The notes below the pieces were generated by a model. It had not been told where the DNA came from and ran no database searches. It worked only from the letters and a program-made list of their open reading frames with translations. The position numbers were made by a program, and so were the translations under genes. DNA of 64,000 nucleotides from Epiperipatus broadwayi (Eukaryota; Animalia; Onychophora): the NCBI GenBank assembly GCA_028023455.1, contig JAQFVV010000005.1, forward strand, positions 7,316,001-7,380,000, read 5' to 3'. Position 1 is the stretch's first letter. The number at the start of each line of letters is the position of its first letter. Shown one piece after another: positions 13,032 to 26,819 of this stretch.

Positions 13032-13382
13032 GATTATTTTTTAAATTGCAAAGTTTAGCCCAAACGAAAATGACCAATTCGAGAAATACAAATTTCTAGA
13101 TGGAAGCTAGTTCATTAAAATGATTATTCGATTATTTATATTGATATTTTTTCTATATTTTATTAAAGTATTGTAATATATTTTTACTGACTTATTTAAT
13201 TAATGTTATTTCAATTCTTAAACAAATACTTGCATTTCCCTATAGTACTGTACTTACATTAGTCGTTTTATCTGCCATACATTATTTACTTCCGCTTTTA
13301 GAAAACACTATAGGAAGTAATCTAAAATCTTTGTAGAGAAATGTGGTGTACAGTCAAATTAATTTTCTTGCTTTCATTGCAG

Positions 13383-13417
13383 ACATGAAAAGGAAAAAAG
13401 TAATTTTTCAGGATATA
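13383..13417 (+). other. Candidate 35-nt exon, probably 5' UTR of the ZNF gene
   Basis: Context ttcattgcAG|35 nt|GTAAGT. The same splice signals and length occur in the paralogous segment at 26907-26941. Confidence 0.5.
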
Positions 13418-14049
13418 GTAAGTTGCTTTTTTTTTTTAATATAGCTGTACTCGCATTAACGTCTAGAATAAATGAAATTAATTTTTACGTTATTATAACT
13501 ATAAAGAACAAAGGCTGATAATTGTTATAGTCGTTTTAAATTAAAAATAATATTTTTAATCAAGATTACTATATTACTTTTATTCACTGACATCATTTTA
13601 ATATTTAGAAATATTTAAAGAGCAGTCAAATTTATAAATACATTTGGACTGACGTAAGCCCTACTTACAGAAGAGCATAAGTATAATTTGTTGTCTGAAA
13701 CAAGAAATTATCTGATACTGCTGGGAATGAAATTCTGTAATATTTATAGATTAAAACAAAAACTATATTTAGAGAAGTTTTGTCTATCAACTAATTAAAC
13801 TCTTAGAAATATTTTTGAGAGATACCGTAATTATAAATCTGCATTTTAATTTTTCACGTTAGAATGTGGATATAGAATCTAAAAAAAAAAAAAAAATTTC
13901 GATTCTTGTACAAAATTTGGATTTCGATAGTTCGTTTTCCATACGTAATTTTTTTGTGTTATTAATTGTTGTATCGTCTCCGGAATTAAATCCCCCTCAA
14001 ACAATAGTTCGATTTTAATTCTGATAAATATCGATGTTTTCAAACTATC

Positions 14050-14450
14050 AATCCTTTGTTTGAGGGTCAGCATGTTTAATTTAATTTCTCATAGTTTCTC
14101 TGCATCATTTCATACACTTGACGTACAATTTGGGATCCATTTTAATATTTCAGATATCTGTCTTCATTTCATCGTTCAATTATGCCATTGACAATTGTTT
14201 GTTTTCTCATGTATTTTGTTTTTGATTTCTCGCTGTGACACTAATCACAATCTTTTCCATACTTTAGTCTGGAGCTTCTGTATTGATATTATTTAAATCC
14301 ATCCCATAAATATTAACCGCAAAAGCCTTAAAAGAAAACTACGATTGTCATTTGATGTACTTTTCATCATTGACGATGGGTGTATCATATTCTCTTCTAT
14401 ACTGAGTCCATGGTTATTTTTATCCATTTTTATTTGTAGAATTTTTTTTT
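14050..14450 (-). mobile_element. Old RTE-type LINE 3' fragment
   Basis: The minus strand gives IQKLQTKVWKR... and SEILKWIPNC, alignable by eye to IQRLQTTQRSMER / EILNWIPRDC of the young RTEs. A paralogous copy lies at about 27600-28030. Confidence 0.55.
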
Positions 14451-14544
14451 AAAATTTGCAATTGATAAATATTAGCATGGGAAAATGCTTTTTTGCCTCG
14501 AGGGAGGGGGGGCTTAGTATATATATATATGATAACATGTAATT

Positions 14545-17254
14545 GGAAGAAAAGGTGAAGAAACAATTGATTTAAAAAATGGACATATACTCAACTATAA
14601 AGGCACAAATATTGGAAATACAAGTGGAGTAGGATTCATTATAAATAAAAAATGGAAGAATAACATTGTGGAGATTGATGGTGTATCGGACAGAGTGGCA
14701 AGATTAGTTTTACAACTTAATAGCAGATACCAAAAGCAGATAATTCAGGTTTATGCCCCACAAGTTCTCGTAGTGATGAAGTAATAGAAGATTTTTATAT
14801 GGATGTACAAAAGGCTTTTGATCAGAGTAAACAACATTTTAAAATTGTTATGGGAGACTTTAATGCTAGAATTGGTAAACAAATGAAAGATGAAAATGCT
14901 GTAGGTAATTTTGGTTATGGTAATAGAAATGAGAGAGGACATAGACTTGTGGAGTTTGCAGAAAAAGAAAAACTTTATATTATGAATTCTTTTTTTGAGA
15001 AAAATGTTAAAAGGAAATGGACATGGAAGCATCCAAATGAAGGTACAGCAGAATTGGATTATATTTTGACTAACAGAAAATACATATTTCAAGATTGTAA
15101 TGTTCTTAATAAATTTAACACAGGAAGTGATCATCGATTAGTAAGATGTAAAATACATGTTAATGTAAAACTAGAGAGACAAAAATTATTAAGAAAAACA
15201 ATATTTACAGTTGATATTCCTAATCTTCAGAAACATTCTAATGAATTTAAATTAGAACTTACAAATCGGTTTCAAGTATTAGTTGATTTTGAACATGATT
15301 CAGATTTGAATGACATTAATAGGAAAATAACTGATACACTTTTAAAAACTGCAACAAAGATAGCTGGTAGAAAAAAGCAGCAATTGACCAATAAAATTTC
15401 TACTGAGACTAGAGAATTTATGAAGAAAAGAAGGAATATGAAGATATACAACAATGATGCATTAAAAAAGATTGAATATCTCGAATTTTGTAAAATGGTG
15501 CGGAAAAGAGTTGAAAATGATATAAGAAAGTATAATTGTGAACTAGCAAGGAAAGCTGTAGAAGAGAATAAAAGTCTAAAGAGTGTAAAACAACATTTTG
15601 GTATTGGTAGGAAATTTATATCTGCAATAAGAAAAAAAGATGGCATTATTACTAAAAAGAGAGATGACATCATGAAATGTGTAGAAGACTTCTATCAAGA
15701 ATTATATAGTAATAAAGAACAAGTGCCTCCTATACCTATTATATCTTCCGAATTGCCCAAAATTTTGAATGAGGAAGTGAGACATGCAATTAAATTTATG
15801 AAGAAAGGGAAGGCTCCAGGTAATGATGGAATTATAATTGATATATTAAAAGAAGCAGGTGAAGAAATAGAATTTTTTTTAGCAAAGTTATATACCAAAT
15901 GTCTAAATGATAAAGATGTACCAGATGATTGGAAGAATGCAGTATTAATATTAATATTTAAAAAAGGTGATAAAGAAGATATTAGAAATTACAGACCTAT
16001 CAGTCTTTTATCAGTTTTATACAAAATTTTTACTAAGATAATTACAACTCGTCTACAGAAAACACTGGATTTCCATCAACCAAGAGAACAAGCTGGATTT
16101 AAAAGTGGTTTTAGTACAGTAGATCATATCCAGGTATTGAGAGAAGTTATAGAAAGGACAAATGAATATGAGTTGCCATTATGCTTAGGATTTGTAGATT
16201 ATGAAAAGGCATTTGATTCTATAAACATTTCTTCAGTGATTAAAGCATTGGATCATCAAGGTGTAGATCCAGGATATTGTCATATTTTAAAGAATATTTA
16301 TAAACATGCAACAGCAACAATTAGATTACATAATGATAGTAGGAAAATCAACATTGAAAAGGGTGTAAGACAGGGTGACTCCATATCTCCAAAACTTTTT
16401 ACAGCAGTGCTGCAAGAAGTATTTTGTGGATTAAAATGGGAAGCTAAAGGAGTGAAAGTAAATGGAGATTATTTAAGTCATTTAGATTTTGCAGATGATG
16501 TAGTTGTTTTTGCAAATAATGCTTTAGAGCTACAGGAAATGTTGCAGGAGTTATCAGATGAAAGTAGGACTAAAGATAAATGTTAAAAAGACTAAAGTAA
16601 TGTTTAATAGATTTTCTCAAAATATGAAAATAAAGATTGATTATGATGAGTTAGAAGAAGTTAACAGTTACAAATACCTTGGTCAGATTATTAATACAGA
16701 TGGAAACATAATGGATGAAATTAATCATAGAATTAAACTTGGTTGGAGTGCTTTTGGTAGAAATAACTTGATACTAAAAGGAAATATGCCTATGTGTTTG
16801 AAAAGGAAGGTTTTTAATAAATGTGTTTTGCCAGTTCTTACTTATGGATCTGAGACTTGGACACTTAATAGAAGAGCAATACAGAGACTTCAGACCACTC
16901 AAAGAAGTATGGAGAGATGCATGTTGGGAGTAACAAGAAGAGATCGAAAACGCAATGTATGGGTAAGAGAACAAACAGGTGTTACTGACCTCATTGAAAA
17001 AATTAAAAGACTGAAGTAGAGTTGGGCTGGACATATTGCTAGAAGAAATGATAATAGATGGACAATTGAAATTTTGAACTGGATTCCAAGAGATTGTAAA
17101 AGACCCAGAAAGAGACCACACGTGAGATGGATGGATGAAATAAGAAAGTGTGTAGGGATGATGTGGAAAAGAGAGAAGCTAAAGATAAGAAAAGATGGAT
17201 TGAACTTGGAGAGACCTTCATCCTGCAGTGGATTGATAATGGTTGATAATGCTG
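14545..17254 (+). mobile_element. RTE-clade LINE, 5'-truncated within the endonuclease
   Basis: ORF 14799-16586 has EN motifs (MGDFNA, ELDYILT, GSDHRLV) and RT motifs (NYRPISLL, QAGF, DYEKAFDS, GVRQGDSISP, FADD), continuing frameshifted in 16558-17019. (GAT/GATAAT)n-like tail. 8-bp TSD atgtaatt (14537-14544 / 17255-17262). Confidence 0.95.
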
Positions 17255-17449
17255 ATGTAATTAGAGATTGCTCATATAGGTAAAAAAAATCATTATGTGT
17301 ACAATGATAAAGGGACAGATATTGGAAATAATGCTAGTTTTTAAAAAAAAAAAATTGTAAATTATTATTTCATCTTACTTTATAGTCATTTAATACAAGC
17401 TTGAGTAACCAGTGGCTACTAAATAGTAGAAGGTTATATTATCCCCATT

Positions 17450-17900
17450 CCTAGATCATTTCTGGTGTTTTACTTTTATCAGTGAGGACTAATATTTGAA
17501 ACTGAAACTAATGCACTTATACACCTAACAGCTGACTTTTATTTTTTTAATACTATTCTACCAAATAGTCTGAAATTTAAAAAAAAAAAATCAAATTAAT
17601 TTCATAGCTGTAAAGATTTGACACCAGATTAGTTTCTATATATATTAGAGACTCTTTCATTTTTATGCCAACTATAGGACTTCCTCTATTCTTTAGTTAG
17701 GAAAGTTAATATCATTAAATTATCTAACTTTTTCATATACTTTCAAGAGCAAATCTTTTTATCCTACTATAGATCTGTTTATTATAGACTTGAGTAACAA
17801 CTCAATAGATGCTAGAAAGTATAGTGCTACAATGTCCCCATCTCTTGACTACTTTCTGACTTTTGTCTTTTATCACTGAGGATTAGAAGTGAAAACTGGA
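17450..17900 (-). mobile_element. Very degenerate CR1/L2-like LINE 3' fragment
   Basis: Weak FPTLxxRR...L.YLYKL-like frame on the minus strand. A homologous copy lies at about 28400-28730. Confidence 0.35.
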
Positions 17901-19790
17901 GCAAATGTGATTATGGTTCTAGCACCCACTTTTTACTCCTTTATATTCAATCCATTAGCCTAAAATTTAAAATAATATAAAGGAATAGAAAATAGTTTCT
18001 AAATTCATAAGTGCATTAATTTCAGCTAGAATTCTAATCTTTACTGACAAAGTCAAAAGTTAGGAACTGCTCTAAGAATGTATAATACTATACAATTTAG
18101 TAATTACTCAAGTTTACAGCAGATGGTTCTAAAAGAGAATAAAAAAAAAATTGTTCAAGGAAGCATAATAATAAGCTGGTAAAAATCATATGATGTTATT
18201 TCTATTATCTAAAACTGATTATTATTTTGCATGTCACTATGTGTATATATATCCTTCCACATAATTTTTTTTTTATTAATAGATCTTATTCAGATATATT
18301 TCTAATCTAATGAAGTATTGTAAATCAAATGTACTAATTACTTTTAAAGATCTTCAAACAATCTTTTCTAGGCTTTTCACACTCACAAATATCAAATCTA
18401 TGTATATATTATTAATTTGTGCCATTTAGTATACAGTCTGTTATAGGGATCTGCTATCTAAAATTATTAAATAAACTATGGGGGAATGCAAATAAGCTGA
18501 GATATGTTACAACTTGACTCGTTAAACTTTTTATTTAACATTGATGGATAATGCATTCATAAATAATTGTGATATTTGTATTCCAGTTTAGTGTTATGCA
18601 TATTTGTATTTGATATATATTATTATTATAATGTAGTAACATTCTTTTTAAAAGTAAACTTAGTTACTTTATTCTGGATAAGTCGTAGAATAAGTATGGG
18701 CAGTAAAGTTTCAGTAGCAAAATTTTTTTAATTGTTTCTAATTGAACATACTATCACAAACATTGTAAATACAGTAATTTTATTTTGTTTTATTTAGGTT
18801 ATTTCTATTATTTAACATCTTTTGACTACGTTGAAGACTGCTTCGTGTGATTATTAACATAACTGGCTATTTTGTATAAAGGAAGCCTTTTAAAAGAGAA
18901 ATGAGCCATTGGCTAATGAATAGAAATGTAGAAGTATTTCCAACAAACCTATTCAACTTTATTATTCAAATTAGTATTTATTCAGCGATCAGATTTAATA
19001 AGGTTGGTCACAATTATATAGCAAAGTTTCAGTTAAATTTTTAAAGAAAATCTTCTAATAAAAGTTTAATGACCAAAGTGATTTTGTGTAATAATATTTA
19101 TTCTTGACTATAGCAACATATTAGATGTCACAAAATATAATAATTTCTCAGTGCATCAATGTAGTTTGAAAAAATTATCAAGATTTTAGAGATAACTTTA
19201 ATGTATTTCATAGAATGGCAATGTCAGCTATAACAATAATTGATATGAAGAGATAGAAAATGTCTACTGTGGTCAATGTATTGAATTAATGAAACAATTA
19301 TGTTTTAAATAGCATCATAAATCTTGCTATTATTTGACTTTGGTGGAATTTGCAGATAGTGATATTTGTTTTATTACAAAATCATTTATTTTTGGATTAT
19401 GTGAATCATAAAAATTCAGATCACATATGTTTGCAAGTAAAGAAAACTGGAAATTTTTATGGAAGCAAATTTTAGTTACGAAATTTCTATATATATATAT
19501 TAAATTTCTATAATTTTACTTTTAAAAAAATGATTAATTTATATGAAGAATGAATGCACTGGACATATTAATTTATTTTTTTAAATTTCAAATATAATAA
19601 CAATTGTGCAATATGTTATATTTAATATATTTACAGAAGCCAAGCATTATGTTAAGACATTTTACAAAAAAAAATAGAAGACTTGATTGCCAAAACAGAT
19701 TTTAGAAGAACTAAAAAACATTTTATTTAAGGAAGTAGTTTTTAAAATTTGGAATCAATGAATTCAATATTACCAGACAATTGATTTAAA

Positions 19791-20603
19791 ATGCAAAACA
19801 ATGAAAATGAAGACAGAAAAGCTGTTGAGAATAGTACAAGTGGTTATAAAACTTCTACAGAAACTAATCTAGTAATACCTGAGAAACATTATACAAATCA
19901 AAAACTTTTACAATGCAAACGTTATACAAATCAAAAACTTTTCCAATGTAGCCATTGTGATTTCAAGGCTATTCAAAAATGTGGTTTAAAAAGTCATGAA
20001 AGAATTCATGCAGCAGAACCAACTTTTCAGTATTTCCAGTGCAATCTGTGTGATTATGAAACAGCCCTAAAATATAGGTTTCTAAACCATTTAAAAATTC
20101 ATACAGGAGAAAAACCTTTCCAATGTAATCAATGTGTTTACAAAACTAGGCAAAAATGCCATTTAAAAATACATGAAAGAATTCATACAGGAGAAAGGCC
20201 TTTCCAGTGCAGCAAATGTAATTATACAGCTATTACTAAATATTGTTTGATAATACATGAAAAATTTCATACTGGAGAACGACCTTACCAATGCAATGCA
20301 TGTGATTACAAAGCTATTACTAAATCCGGTTTAACTGCCCATGAAAAAATCCATATAAAAGAAAAGTCTTTTTATTGTAACTCTTCTGATGCCAAAGTTA
20401 CTGTGGAAAGTAATATAAAGAAAAGAAGTAAATCTTCACAATCCTTCCATAAAGGAAATCACTCCGAAAAAGAATCTAGAATTACAATTGAATGTTGCTG
20501 CTTGTGTGGTTACAAAGCCATTCATAATAATGATTTGGAAACTCACATAAATAGCCATTTCATTGGTGTTGAAATTGTTGAGATTTATATGCAACTGACT
20601 TAA
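19791..20603 (+). CDS. Tandem C2H2 zinc-finger protein (270 aa, single coding exon)
   Basis: Five canonical fingers (e.g. FQCNQCVYKTRQKCHLKIHERIH) joined by TGEKP/TGERP linkers, plus degenerate fingers and a C-terminal CLCGYKAIHNNDLETHINSH finger. Open frame with ATG and stop. Candidate upstream splice acceptor at 18796-18797, also present in the paralog at 47390-47391. Confidence 0.9.
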   Translation: MQNNENEDRKAVENSTSGYKTSTETNLVIPEKHYTNQKLLQCKRYTNQKLFQCSHCDFKAIQKCGLKSHERIHAAEPTFQYFQCNLCDYETALKYRFLNHLKIHTGEKPFQCNQCVYKTRQKCHLKIHERIHTGERPFQCSKCNYTAITKYCLIIHEKFHTGERPYQCNACDYKAITKSGLTAHEKIHIKEKSFYCNSSDAKVTVESNIKKRSKSSQSFHKGNHSEKESRITIECCCLCGYKAIHNNDLETHINSHFIGVEIVEIYMQLT

Positions 20604-21123
20604 AAAATATTTCTCAGGAAAAAGTTTGGTTTAAACAATATGGGGTGATCCTCTCAACACATAATTTCATCTCATGGGTTAAATTTGGTTTCAAATTGCA
20701 ACCAGTTAAATGATATTGCTTTCTGTCCTTCCATCACAACAAACAATTTGAATGAAAGATAGTAAAACATACTGTTAATTTATTAATTATATATCATATA
20801 ATTATTATCAGTATAAGTCTAAAGTAATGAAAGTGTAACAAGAGGTATATTAGACAGTACTTAGTAATATTTAGTATATGTAACTAAAAAATAATGTTTA
20901 AAATAAGTGTAAATATTAGCAACGTTTTTTTAAACATGTTTGAAGATGGCTGATTTTAAAAAATCAAAGAATTTTAATATATTAAAAAAAAAGCATAAAA
21001 TCATAAAACAATTTTGGTTATATATTTTTAAAACAATCTAATAATATTGTGAACTCATAAGTTTGAAATGATTTTAATTTGTGTAGAACTACACATTAGC
21101 ATTTATTTTAAAAATAATAAATA

Positions 21124-21428
21124 AATATTTTATAAGTGCTTTTCTTTATTTACTATATATTAAAGTCCCACAAAATTATTGTTTCTTCAACCACAATTGT
21201 TGATATATTTAATTCAAAATAAAAGGGTATGTGGGAGAGATCCAGAAATTAATTAAAAAATCAATTCCTTGTTATAAAAAGTAGGGATTGACTAATTAAT
21301 TTCTGGTTCCTGATCCCACACACTTATTTTAAGTTAAATATATAAACCCCAATTGTGGTTAAAGAATCAATTATTTTGTATGATTTTAGTATAAAGTAAA
21401 TAAATAAAAGCATTTATTATAAAATATT
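21124..21428. repeat. About 305-bp hairpin (inverted repeat), copy 1, about 520 bp downstream of the ZNF stop
   Basis: Arms of about 145 bp (e.g. ttcaaccacaattg / caattgtggttaaa, cagaaattaatta / taattaatttctg) around loop tgttataaaaagt. Homologous to 49910-50204 and 57660-57955. Confidence 0.9.
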
Positions 21429-23649
21429 TTTTTTATGTTTATTATTATTTACTTTTTAGCATTAAGATTGAAGATTTGTTTTATTTCAATTTTAAATAAT
21501 AGATAAAGTACTTTTAAGATTGAATGTAAAATCATAAATATTAAATGAAGTTTATTTGCAATATAATTTTGAAGCATTTTTTTAAAAAAATCTATCATTC
21601 TTTAAAAAAAATATTTTATATACTTTTTATAAAAGGGCTTCTTAAATAAGAAATCTTTTATAATTCAGATTTATTTCAATTTTAAAAGATTGTTAAAATA
21701 AATGTAAAATTTTTTAAAAAACAAAACAATATATATATTATATACCTCTCTTTCACACACATTACTCAAAACTTATTGAAGTGATATCTATGTCTTTGAA
21801 ATTTGATATAAAAATATTTAAAATATTATGTTCCTGCTCTTTATTTAAGAAACTAATGAGATATTATTTTATATAGCGCGAATGTTTATTTATGTAATAG
21901 TATTAGCAATTAAGCCAATGCACATGCGCTTTAAAGAGATTATATAAATGAATACTCAATTTTCCAGAAACTAAGTAACTTACCTGAAATATTTTAGTAT
22001 CATAGTCCATTGCCAGTGATTTATATCAAATGTATCAAATTTGAACAAATTCTATTGAATATAAATGTTCCTAATTCTCTTTTTACTTGATAGATTGGTT
22101 CCTGAAAATTACATGTAAAAGAAATTCATGTAAAAAAAAATACATTGCATATATGGAAAATAAGGAGATTGGTTCCGGACCTTAGAAATCAATGAAAATA
22201 ATTAAATAAACCATATGAAAAATTTCTTTAGAATGTTATATTTTTTGGGTGCTATGAAATTTTATTTCATGCACATTGAACATAAATAAATTTATTGTAG
22301 GAGCATAAATTTCATTTGAGAAATAAAAAATCTTGAAAGTGCTAACACTTACAATGAAACATTCATTAATTTCTTTACACAAGCCATTGAAAACATTAAA
22401 GTTCAAAATGTATCATCACTTCCACTTTATAAGTTAAAAAAAATTGAAATAAAAATTATTAATGTAATTTATCAGAATTTATTACTTTTTTTCATTTAAC
22501 TTACTAATTTTTTTTAAAATTTAACAACACATTCATAAAGAGAAATTGAAGGCCCCTGGAACCATACATTTATCAGAAATATGGGCAGTATCTTGTTTGA
22601 ACGTAAAATAGAAAAATATGTTTGCGCATGATTGGAGTACCATTGCAATCACTAAAACTTGCAATGTGTAACTTACCATCTATTGATTTTTGGAAAAATT
22701 AATAAATATAAATTTAAAAAATAATGAATTAAATTTAAACAAAATTAATTTTTTTTTTATATCAATGCCAACAAGGAATTGGTTTTTTTAAAGCCAAATA
22801 TCAAAATGTAAAGAAAGCATCAATATCAAAAAGGTCTTTCAAAACAAAATGTCAAAAACATTACAATGCAGACAAAGTAATTTTTCTGTTTGCAGGAATA
22901 TTGCTGGAAAAGGAATTTTTGTTTTTAAAATAATGAGAAATAAAGAAATTAAACTTTTTTTAAAAAAATTAGATGATAATAACAAACATCATCAATTTTT
23001 CTTTTAGTTTTGTGACATAATCATGATGAACTGACCTCAAAAACAAATTATAAATAAACACTGAATTAAAAACATTTACAATCCTCTTAAAAAGAAAAAG
23101 AAATTATTTTATATTATTTACATGAAATTATTTAGAATTAAAAAAAAAAGTTTAATAACTTAAGACAATCTAAGAATTATTTTGAGAATGTGAAATGATT
23201 TTTTTAAAATCTTCCAGACAATAACGTTTGTTCATTCCAATCATGAATATGTCACAGCAGCTCTAATCCCAAAATACTGTTGTTTTTTTTATATTGATTG
23301 TACTATTTTAAAGCAACCCATGTAAAGAGAGATTTTTTTTTTTAAACTGGTATTTCAAAATTGTGCAAAAAATATTCATGTAAAAAGTGAATTAGATGTA
23401 CTTATAAAAAATTCCAATAGTGGTGATGAATGAAATTAGCATAGCACTACCATATTTCTTAACTTTTTCATATATCTTATCACAACCTGTAGCCTTTCCA
23501 TTTTTAAGATTAAAAGTTTAATCTCAGAAAACTTAATATCTATCTCAAAAGTTAATATAACATTAAAATTTTGTACTAATTTCTGTATTATTATTTATAA
23601 AATGATCAAAATACTTCCTACAGCTGTTTGAAAAACTATCATCATGTAA

Positions 23650-24400
23650 AACTGGTATCCATAAATTTAATGGGATTACTATATTCTTTTCCAAATCCAT
23701 ATACAATACTTTCAATGTATCAAAATAAAACCTAAAATTATTGCAATTAGCAAATGTCTATCTTCAAATATAATCCACTAATCATGTTTAACTCTTCTTA
23801 TTAATTGCTAACTTTTGTCCTTTAAATCTCTATACTTCTTACAAAACAACATTCAATTTTTCTGCCAAATAGAAAATGCTCAATGTTTTCTTTTAATCAA
23901 GTCACTATTATAGAAAACCAAACAAGATTTTATTTTTAGTGAACTTATTTGTATTCACAACTTAATAAGCGAATCCCATGCCTCTATAACATAAGAATCC
24001 CAAAATACGAAATTAGTAATTTTAATGATAATGATGTAATACTATCTAGAAAGGAATAAAAGCTTTCTTTAAGTCTTTGTAGATAATGTTGAAGTATAAA
24101 TTCTAATAAAATGAGTATAGATTGCATTGCAAAGTAAATTAATATCATTAATCTTTCATTGATAGATTTAAGAATTTCAAACAATCTATCGACTAATAAA
24201 TATTTACAAGTTCTGTAGAATTATTTCCCATCTTTCTACTCAAGCATTATCTATTGCAAGCTTGAGTTGTTAATGCTTACTGAATGATAGTGCAATTTAA
24301 TCCCCACCACCCAATCCTGAATTGATTTCCGGCTTTTGCTTTTATTAATGAATTCAGATTCAAAATTGAAACAAATTTAGATATATATGCAACAGCCACT
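23650..24400 (-). mobile_element. Highly degenerate LINE RT fragment (CR1/L2-like)
   Basis: The minus strand gives IYKDLKKAF (xxDxxKAFD-like) preceded by an NQF-like motif; no intact frame. Confidence 0.35.
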
Positions 24401-26819
24401 AAATTTAACACCTTTTGAATTTTAAAGATTTTGTATTGAAATTCAAAAAAACACTAAGATTTTGAATCCAAACCAATCTCTAATGTAAAGTGCATAGATC
24501 TGATACCATTTTTGATTTCTAAAACTCACTGATAAAGCTAAGAATCTCATCTGAAAATGAAAATTAAACCATATAGTAGTTGATTCTGCAGAAGATAGAG
24601 AAGAAATATTCTTGTTAATATAATAAGTGGTATGTTTCATACTAATATTTAAATTTAAACTCAATAATTATGGAAGGAAACAACATATTCACTACTCCAG
24701 GAAAAAAAAAAGAGATAAGGCAAAGAAAATATATTTAGAGAAATATATTTAATAGATGGCTAACAGATAAAATTATGGCAAATGAATTAATTAGAATGTT
24801 ATTGAAAGTAAAACGAATTTAATATAAATGATAAGAAATATTTGTTTAAAATAAACAATAGAAGTTAGTTGCATAATGGAAGTCAAAAAAGATTAATTAA
24901 AAATACCAAAGGGGAAAACAGACTGATTGGTATCTGACGAAATAAGATCGTGATCAAGAATTAAAACCAGATCGCCCAAGGAAAATCAGCGAGAGTGTAC
25001 AGAAAAGTGCCAGGATTTTTTTGGAGGCTTTTGCGGATTTGGTTGCATGTTCATTATGAGTTTTGTTAACTGTGAACTGTTAATACTGGATATTTGGAGC
25101 TGACTGGAGACAGAACAGGGCTGAAAGAAGCCAATAAGAAGCTGTGCGGGAAGAAATGGGCAGTTCGTGCACTGAAGGAAGCAATCCCAGAGATTGTGCC
25201 TCTGAAAGTACTAACAGCTGGCTAAGGACTAAAGCAGATTGCACAGATCTTATTTTGTTTTTTTTTATGCCTGACAGGCTTTATACGAGGAAATACAGAA
25301 CGAACTGTGTGTACACGCACTTATTAAATTTGTACACAGCCAGATTTGAGCAATTGACTGCAGTCAAAGTTTGACCTTATAGTAGGGTATATATATATAT
25401 AGGGTTTTATTTGTTTGTGTGCTGAGTGATCAATACTGCTGTTAATAATACTTTGCTGTGAGGTTCAGTGTAAATTCATTTTAGTTATTATTGATAATTC
25501 CTTATTACAAATTTTATTGGTTATTAATTTCCTGTGTGTTACTAATTTTGTTGGTATCCATATAATATATTTATATGCAAATGTACAACAGTAAGCTTGG
25601 AATACAAAATGTTGTAGTGATAATCTATCAGATTTCAATAAAAAAATTACAAAATCTTGAAATGTATTAAACAATCTATACATGTTATTGTTATCATCAA
25701 TATAAAAATTATTACATACTTTTAAATCTATATCTACAGATCTATTTTTATTCAACATTTGACAATATTTTCAAATGTAAATAAACTAAACAAACCTTAA
25801 TTATTGTTACAAATTTAGAAGAAATTTTACTTTAATTGTAGACCTGTTCTCAGCTATATGCAGATACTATTGGATACTTCTAAAGTTATAGCAAACTAAA
25901 AATTGTTACTGAAATAAATTTAATATATTGAGACATCATCACTCTTTTATCTGTTAGCATTATAGTTATGCTGAGCTAATAGTAAATATTTGTTCAACAG
26001 TCAAATTGTTATATATTAGTGCTTCTATAGTGGCAGATCAACTACTAAATTTATAGTGATCACATATTATTTCAAATCAATATAAGCTAATACTGCCATG
26101 GTGATACAGTTATTGAACTCATAATGCTTAAATATTATACATCAACTAAGTATCTGATAAAGTTGCAATTATGGTAGATCATCTACTACTTAGATAATTG
26201 TGACTGAGTCTTGTATATCATCTTAGTATCTATAGTATCTCTAATGACTTGGTGTATTCAGATAGTAATAAAATTTTTACCCATCACTAATTCTAAATGT
26301 AATACTTCTGGAATTTAGATTATTCATAATGCCTAGCAACTATTTTTACTTAAAACTGTCCTATATATTCTCCACTGAGAAGATGCATTTTTTATTTTTC
26401 CCTACATTTTCTATTGATTTTATCAAAAATAATGATGAATGGTTTCTAATTGTCAGCTTTAGTAATTTTAAAAGACAATAAACATCGCATGATCACCATT
26501 TCTTATGCTTGCTTATAACTGTTAATAATTTTAGTAATTATTTTAGTAATTTTGTGGGTATTTTTCTGTTAGTTATAGAGAGTTATACTATTTGTAAGTA
26601 GCTGCTTCAAAACTTATACATACATGACCCACTTTATTCATACCAATTTTAAACAGTTGTATTGTTTTCATTTACTCTATTCAATTCTTTGGCACTGAAG
26701 TCAGAGTATGTTTAATGACATGATTTTCAATTTATCTCCCAAATTATGATGTTGAGAATGAAACATCATTATTACTCTTTCCAAGTGATCATAATTTGCA
26801 GAAAGTTCTACTATTTCTT

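Noticed and set aside
14751-17121. Minus-strand ORFs over RTE copy 1 (and their plus-strand twins at 34779-37072)
   Set aside because: Antisense to the LINE ORF; duplicated only because the LINE is duplicated.
24800-25470. GC-richer block that looks like another solo LTR
   Set aside because: Could not find a TG...CA pair with a matching TSD or a second copy in the window.
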